Positions 45,899 through 49,924 of a DNA stretch of 49,924 nucleotides are shown one piece after another. The notes under the pieces were generated by a model. It worked only from the letters and a program-made list of their open reading frames with translations. It was not told the DNA's origin and did no database searches. Position numbers and translations under genes: made by a program. This DNA comes from a virus (Duplodnaviria; Caudoviricetes). Location: positions 1 to 49,924 of the IMG/VR virus record IMGVR_UViG_3300020207_000040; one strand, given 5' to 3'. Position 1 is the first letter of the stretch. Every line of letters begins with the position of its first letter.

Positions 45899-46282
45899 TT
45901 AAGGTACTATTATGTATAATGTTTTAGGGTCATATAAATCAATCTGATACCCTGTAGATGCTGCAGAAGTGTATGCTGGTGAAAAATCGACAGTTACTTC
46001 AGTAGCAGATCCAATATTTGACACTGTGCCTTCTGTTCTTATTGTATTGCCACTTGTGCCGGTAACATATACGGTATCATTTACAGAAAATATACTTGAA
46101 GAAGTGACTGTAAAAACAACAGAAGATGCAGCCGAAGGGTTACCTGAAGTTGAAGCTCCTGTTTGTTTTAGGCCATCATATTCAGATTGTGACCCTTTCC
46201 AAAATTCTAAAAGGCTTTTTTTATTATTTGCAGCAGCGTCATAAAAAAACTGCCCGCCTATTTTTGATGTTAAATTTGCCAT
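45899..46282 (-). CDS. Fibre adaptor with split W.G...EY / .D..TLY motif
   Basis: FWKGSQSEYDGLK ... YDPKTLYII. Confidence 0.65.
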   Translation of the reverse strand: MANLTSKIGGQFFYDAAANNKKSLLEFWKGSQSEYDGLKQTGASTSGNPSAASSVVFTVTSSSIFSVNDTVYVTGTSGNTIRTEGTVSNIGSATEVTVDFSPAYTSAASTGYQIDLYDPKTLYIIVP

Positions 46283-46285
46283 TTT

Positions 46286-46441
46286 TTATTTTTTATATGG
46301 TATTTTATTATTTAACCATTCTTGTCTTTTATTACAACCGCAATCAGGAGCAATTGCTTTTACTATTTTAGCTATCCCTGTTGCATGTGTCATTTTAGCT
46401 ATTGTATCGCCTAGTCCTTTAGATTCGTTTTCTAATTTCAT
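46286..46441 (-). CDS. Small conserved CGC-motif protein (51 aa)
   Basis: Hand translation MKLENESKGLGDTIAKMTHATGIAKIVKAIAPDCGCNKRQEWLNNKIPYKK*; missed by the ORF track. Confidence 0.8.
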   Translation of the reverse strand: MKLENESKGLGDTIAKMTHATGIAKIVKAIAPDCGCNKRQEWLNNKIPYKK

Positions 46442-46628
46442 ATAATATTGCATTTATCGCTGCACCATCCCAAATTTGTATTCCATCATTTATTTCTAAA
46501 ACAGGAACTGATGTAGGCGTTAAACCCTCGTATTTAGAATTGTCTACTTCAATAATTTTTAAATCAGTAATACCTTCGATTTTTAAAGCCGAACAATGCG
46601 GACATTCTTTTTTAGTAAATAATTTCAT
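46419..46628 (-). CDS. Glutaredoxin/NrdH-like thioredoxin-fold protein (CPHC)
   Basis: KLFTK..CPHC..LK and cis-Pro motif SVP.L. Confidence 0.8.
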   Translation of the reverse strand: MKLFTKKECPHCSALKIEGITDLKIIEVDNSKYEGLTPTSVPVLEINDGIQIWDGAAINAILYEIRKRI

Positions 46629-46648
46629 TATATTTAATTTTATTAATA

Positions 46649-47644
46649 TTAAGTTGAAGCGCTGGCGCTGGCTTCCACTTGCCCAGCCCCATTTGTTATT
46701 CTACCATTCCATGTTCCAGAGGCGGTGCCATTTAGATCCCTACCGACAAGACTGTATCCATTCGTACTAGGAGGAGTAATTTCACAAGAAGGAGCACTTC
46801 CACAACTAGAAGAAGCCGAATACCCGCCGGAGTAGCTTCCTCCAGGGCTTTGCATTGAAATAGAGTAACCTCCACATATGCTACTCGCGCTTCCCGTATT
46901 TACAGTAGCGCAGTACATTACGCTTTTCCATCCGGTTGGATTATTAGAACAATAAGTAGGCACGGCGATCATATTTAATGATGCGCTTTGGCTTGAAGTA
47001 CCGCCATTAGTATTACATGAGCTACTGCCTCCTGAGCTGCTAATAGATACACTACAACCTTGGGTACATGAGTTTGCTCCGTACCCTCCAGTTCCAGAAG
47101 CGCTACTATTCCAGTATTCAAAATGCCCTGCATATTGCGAGTTACTAGAAACGCCACAAGAACTTCCAGCAAAAGTTATGCAGCTCGTTGATCTACCTAA
47201 ATCTCCAGTGAATGTATAATAATAACTAACCACTTGGCTTTGCGGTAAACTTATTGATAAATTATTATAATCTACAGAAACGCTACTTGTTGGAAATACA
47301 GAAGGAGCATAGTTTACACGTGGACTAGTGGTAGTATTAGATGTAGAACCTTGAGCACCTGCTGTAAAAGTAAAATCTGTTGGTAATCCAACAGCTGTTT
47401 GTGTTCCGTTAAATGCGTAACCTGAAGAAGCTGAAGCTGTCCATTGCTGGTATCTGTTGCCTGGAATAGTCTCCCCAGGACCTCCTGTTATACTATAATC
47501 AGAAACACCAGGAAAATTTAAAAATGATATAGTTACTTCGTTTATATAAAATGAAGTTGATTCTTTATAACCATTCTCAATGTTAGTATCCGCTTTATAC
47601 AGATTTCCACTGGCTATTTCTGCAGTTCCTTTATATAGTGGCAT
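46649..47644 (-). CDS. Ser/Gly/Cys-rich fibre/receptor-binding protein
   Basis: MPLYKG..EI....LYK....I..GY N-terminus; 10 Cys in the C-terminal half. Confidence 0.7.
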   Translation of the reverse strand: MPLYKGTAEIASGNLYKADTNIENGYKESTSFYINEVTISFLNFPGVSDYSITGGPGETIPGNRYQQWTASASSGYAFNGTQTAVGLPTDFTFTAGAQGSTSNTTTSPRVNYAPSVFPTSSVSVDYNNLSISLPQSQVVSYYYTFTGDLGRSTSCITFAGSSCGVSSNSQYAGHFEYWNSSASGTGGYGANSCTQGCSVSISSSGGSSSCNTNGGTSSQSASLNMIAVPTYCSNNPTGWKSVMYCATVNTGSASSICGGYSISMQSPGGSYSGGYSASSSCGSAPSCEITPPSTNGYSLVGRDLNGTASGTWNGRITNGAGQVEASASAST

Positions 47645-47645
47645 A

Positions 47646-47867
47646 TTAAGCTGTTACAAAATATAATGTATTCGCGTCTTTAGTACCTATTGCAGCGTAT
47701 TCAGCAGCTGTTCCTGTCCAAATTAATGCATTGCTTGCTGAATTTTGATCATCTACGTTGCTTGCAGTTGTAGCATTAGTAGCATTAGTAGCATTTACAG
47801 AGTCTGTTGCATTATTTATAGGGTTAGCAGCATCTGCTCCTGGATAAAATGTAGAAATATCTGGCAT
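47646..47867 (-). CDS. Short fibre adaptor protein
   Basis: NAT repeats and WTGTAAEYAAIGTKDANTLYFV motif. Confidence 0.75.
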   Translation of the reverse strand: MPDISTFYPGADAANPINNATDSVNATNATNATTASNVDDQNSASNALIWTGTAAEYAAIGTKDANTLYFVTA

Positions 47868-47871
47868 AGCT

Positions 47872-48186
47872 CTATGTTATTACCCAGCCAAATGTGCTAT
47901 TTACATACAAGCATCTGATTGGCTGATTATTAGTTATTGTTATTGATTGGCTGGATCCTTCAATGGTATCAGTATTAATTGTAACCACAGCACTACCTAT
48001 CTTTTTAAGTACTACTTCATCGCCTGCATTTAATTCCGTTGATGGTAATGTGACTGCAAAATCAACACTACCTTCTAAAATATAAATTGCATTTTTGTTT
48101 AAAGATGTGGTTGTACTTATTTGATAAGCTGTTGCGTTGGTAATACCTAGTAATCCAGCGGTTGGTAAGTCTATTCGTAGTCCCAT
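47872..48186 (-). CDS. Small virion protein with VTLP...GD motif
   Basis: VTLPS..LNAGDEVVLK...Y.NSTFGW, shared with the 39374 and 48186 proteins. Confidence 0.7.
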   Translation of the reverse strand: MGLRIDLPTAGLLGITNATAYQISTTTSLNKNAIYILEGSVDFAVTLPSTELNAGDEVVLKKIGSAVVTINTDTIEGSSQSITITNNQPIRCLYVNSTFGWVIT

Positions 48187-49922
48187 TAGCTAATTCCGTT
48201 TATTACCCAACCATTAGCAGCGTCTGCATAATACAGCTCAAAAGACGAAGTTGATTCATCTAATACTAAATTGCTGGCTCTCATTATTTTTTCTGATCCA
48301 TTAGGATTTATTGTCCAAGTAAAAGATGGTGCTGCATAATTGCCGCTGCTGTCAAAAGCAGACATATTGACTATCTTAATACTATCTCCTGCACTACCTG
48401 CTGGAAGCGTAAGCGTACTGTCGGCTGATATGTTACTTAATATATAAAGTTTCCAAATATCAGCAGTAGCACTAGACGTTAATGCTCCTCCGTATGCATA
48501 ACCTTGTTTAATTACAACCTGTCCATTAGCAGGCGCTGTAATTTGCAGGTTATCAAAATCTATAGAATTTACAGCTACATCAACATTTCCTCCATAATCA
48601 TATGAAGCTCCGTTTGCGGTTGCTAAAATACTTAATGGACTTTGGCTAACTGCCTTTGTAGCACTGTCGTAAAATAGATAATTACTTGTAGTTCCAGATG
48701 GAATATCATTTAGCTTTAACACTTCTGAATTAATATTTAATTCGCTTGTGCTAATAGTCATTATACCATCTCCTTGCTTACCAAATGTAATTGTAAAATT
48801 ACTTTCATTTTCAGCAACAATTTGATATATGTTTACAGTAGTGTCATTTATCAAACCACCAACAGCTGGAAAAGCAGTTGTATAAGTGTCTTCTACAAAA
48901 TATAAAGCTTGATTAGCGGGTGTAGCATCAAATAAAGTTTGTAAAGTTGAAAAATTTGATGATGATAAAACCACTGTAGTTTCGCTTGCTGTTATATTAA
49001 TACCAGCAACAGTAGCTGGTGATGTAGCAGCTTGGAATAAAGCACCGTTGCTTTGACGAATACCATAAAATAAACGCCCCATTGTAATATTGCCACTAGG
49101 GCCAGCTAATTGCTCTGATAAACCAGGTAAAGCAGAAGCTACGCCAGATGCTAATTCTGGTAGATTAAAATAATCATCACCAATTTGCAATTGTGCAAGC
49201 AAACCTTGTTCTGTTAATCCAGCAACACTAGCAGGGTTACCTTCAATAGGTTTTATTTGTGCTCCAGTTTCAACGCCAGAAGAATTCTGTAAAGAAACAC
49301 CTGATGCAGAGTAAACAGCTCTTGTGCCGTCTGTAGCAATTGCAGTAAACTCATTTTGCCCCATTACAGTTCTACCATCAGAAGAATCTGTATTTGAGTC
49401 TCTTACAATATCAGTTGTAAAGCGAGTGTCATTAGAAATAATAGTAGACCCGCTGCCTGTTATTGTTAAGTTAGTACCATCTGTTGCTAAAGTAACATTT
49501 GGCGCTGTATCTCCAAATACAATTGAAGATTCAGTATCTTTTACATTAATAGGGCCATGTACCGTTAAAGATCTAGGGTCGTTATTTGGATTATCTGTTC
49601 CAATAACTACATTTCCTTTATCAATAATTAAGTCTCTAGTTATTTTTAAATCACCAATAACCTGTGTTTCAATTTGTTGAGCACCTGTTAAAAAAGTGAA
49701 TTCACTAAAAGCTACTAATCCCCCCGTATATACTTGAGGATCATCTAAAGTAACATTAAAAGCCCAGTCTGTATATTTTACGTTACCATTAACAACGTAT
49801 TGAGATACGTTTGGTTCTGCAGATGCAGAGGTAAAGGTAGGGGCATTAAATGAAGTTACGGTGCCTGAATAGCTTGCGCCACCCAAAACACCGGAAAATG
49901 TAGCTGAGTTTGTTGCAAAGTC
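48186..49922 (-). CDS. Large tail fibre/virion protein, 5'-truncated by the window edge
   Basis: Frame stays open from 49886 to the edge; C-terminal TLTLPAGSAGDSIKIVN...YADAANGW. Confidence 0.75.
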   Translation of the reverse strand, partial: DFATNSATFSGVLGGASYSGTVTSFNAPTFTSASAEPNVSQYVVNGNVKYTDWAFNVTLDDPQVYTGGLVAFSEFTFLTGAQQIETQVIGDLKITRDLIIDKGNVVIGTDNPNNDPRSLTVHGPINVKDTESSIVFGDTAPNVTLATDGTNLTITGSGSTIISNDTRFTTDIVRDSNTDSSDGRTVMGQNEFTAIATDGTRAVYSASGVSLQNSSGVETGAQIKPIEGNPASVAGLTEQGLLAQLQIGDDYFNLPELASGVASALPGLSEQLAGPSGNITMGRLFYGIRQSNGALFQAATSPATVAGINITASETTVVLSSSNFSTLQTLFDATPANQALYFVEDTYTTAFPAVGGLINDTTVNIYQIVAENESNFTITFGKQGDGIMTISTSELNINSEVLKLNDIPSGTTSNYLFYDSATKAVSQSPLSILATANGASYDYGGNVDVAVNSIDFDNLQITAPANGQVVIKQGYAYGGALTSSATADIWKLYILSNISADSTLTLPAGSAGDSIKIVNMSAFDSSGNYAAPSFTWTINPNGSEKIMRASNLVLDESTSSFELYYADAANGWVINGIS

Positions 49923-49924
49923 AG

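Noticed and set aside
7863-46770. Numerous + strand ORFs of 60-144 aa antisense to late genes
   Set aside because: Typical antisense shadows of long genes, with no motifs or operon context
48186-49886. TTG start at 49886 for the last gene
   Set aside because: The frame is open to the window edge, so the gene probably starts outside the window
1-49924. Stop-codon reassignment, introns/inteins in terL or nrdA, tRNAs, CRISPR arrays, integrase
   Set aside because: Core genes are intact and of normal length in the standard code; no such elements recognised by eye

Overview
This is an AT-rich ~50 kb segment of a lytic tailed phage with a crAss-like (Crassvirales-type) virion module. The host is most likely an aquatic Bacteroidota/Flavobacteriia species, inferred from a BACON-like domain, A-rich non-Shine-Dalgarno start regions and the crAss-type capsid/portal/tail block. 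The + strand (1-5295) carries nucleotide-metabolism and DNA-processing genes: MazG-like, T7 endonuclease I-like, class Ia nrdB/nrdA. It converges at a bidirectional terminator (~5300-5338) with a long - strand late region: fibre/receptor-binding genes, lysis genes, GroES-like, terminase, portal, scaffold, major capsid, ring proteins, muzzle/stabilisation protein and three ejection (internal virion) proteins, the largest 2614 aa. The genetic code is standard, and I saw no tRNA, CRISPR, integrase or RT. The most striking result is a hidden second coding layer. (i) A -1 frameshift signal (A_AAA_AAG, 6-nt spacer, predicted H-type pseudoknot) sits at codons 47-49 of the giant ejection gene and would give an 84-aa Cys-rich product. 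(ii) A 40-aa 'MPFKS..QR.YLW...PEIAKKW' gene is nested in the scaffold gene. (iii) A lipoprotein-like 185-codon ORF and a second ORF are nested in terL. (iv) Further candidate nested ORFs lie in nrdA/nrdB. Other highlights are HAD, zincin and sigma-like domains in the giant virion protein, an apparently split muzzle gene, and a CPHC redoxin among Cys-rich fibre genes. All assignments come from motif recognition by eye; no searches were run.
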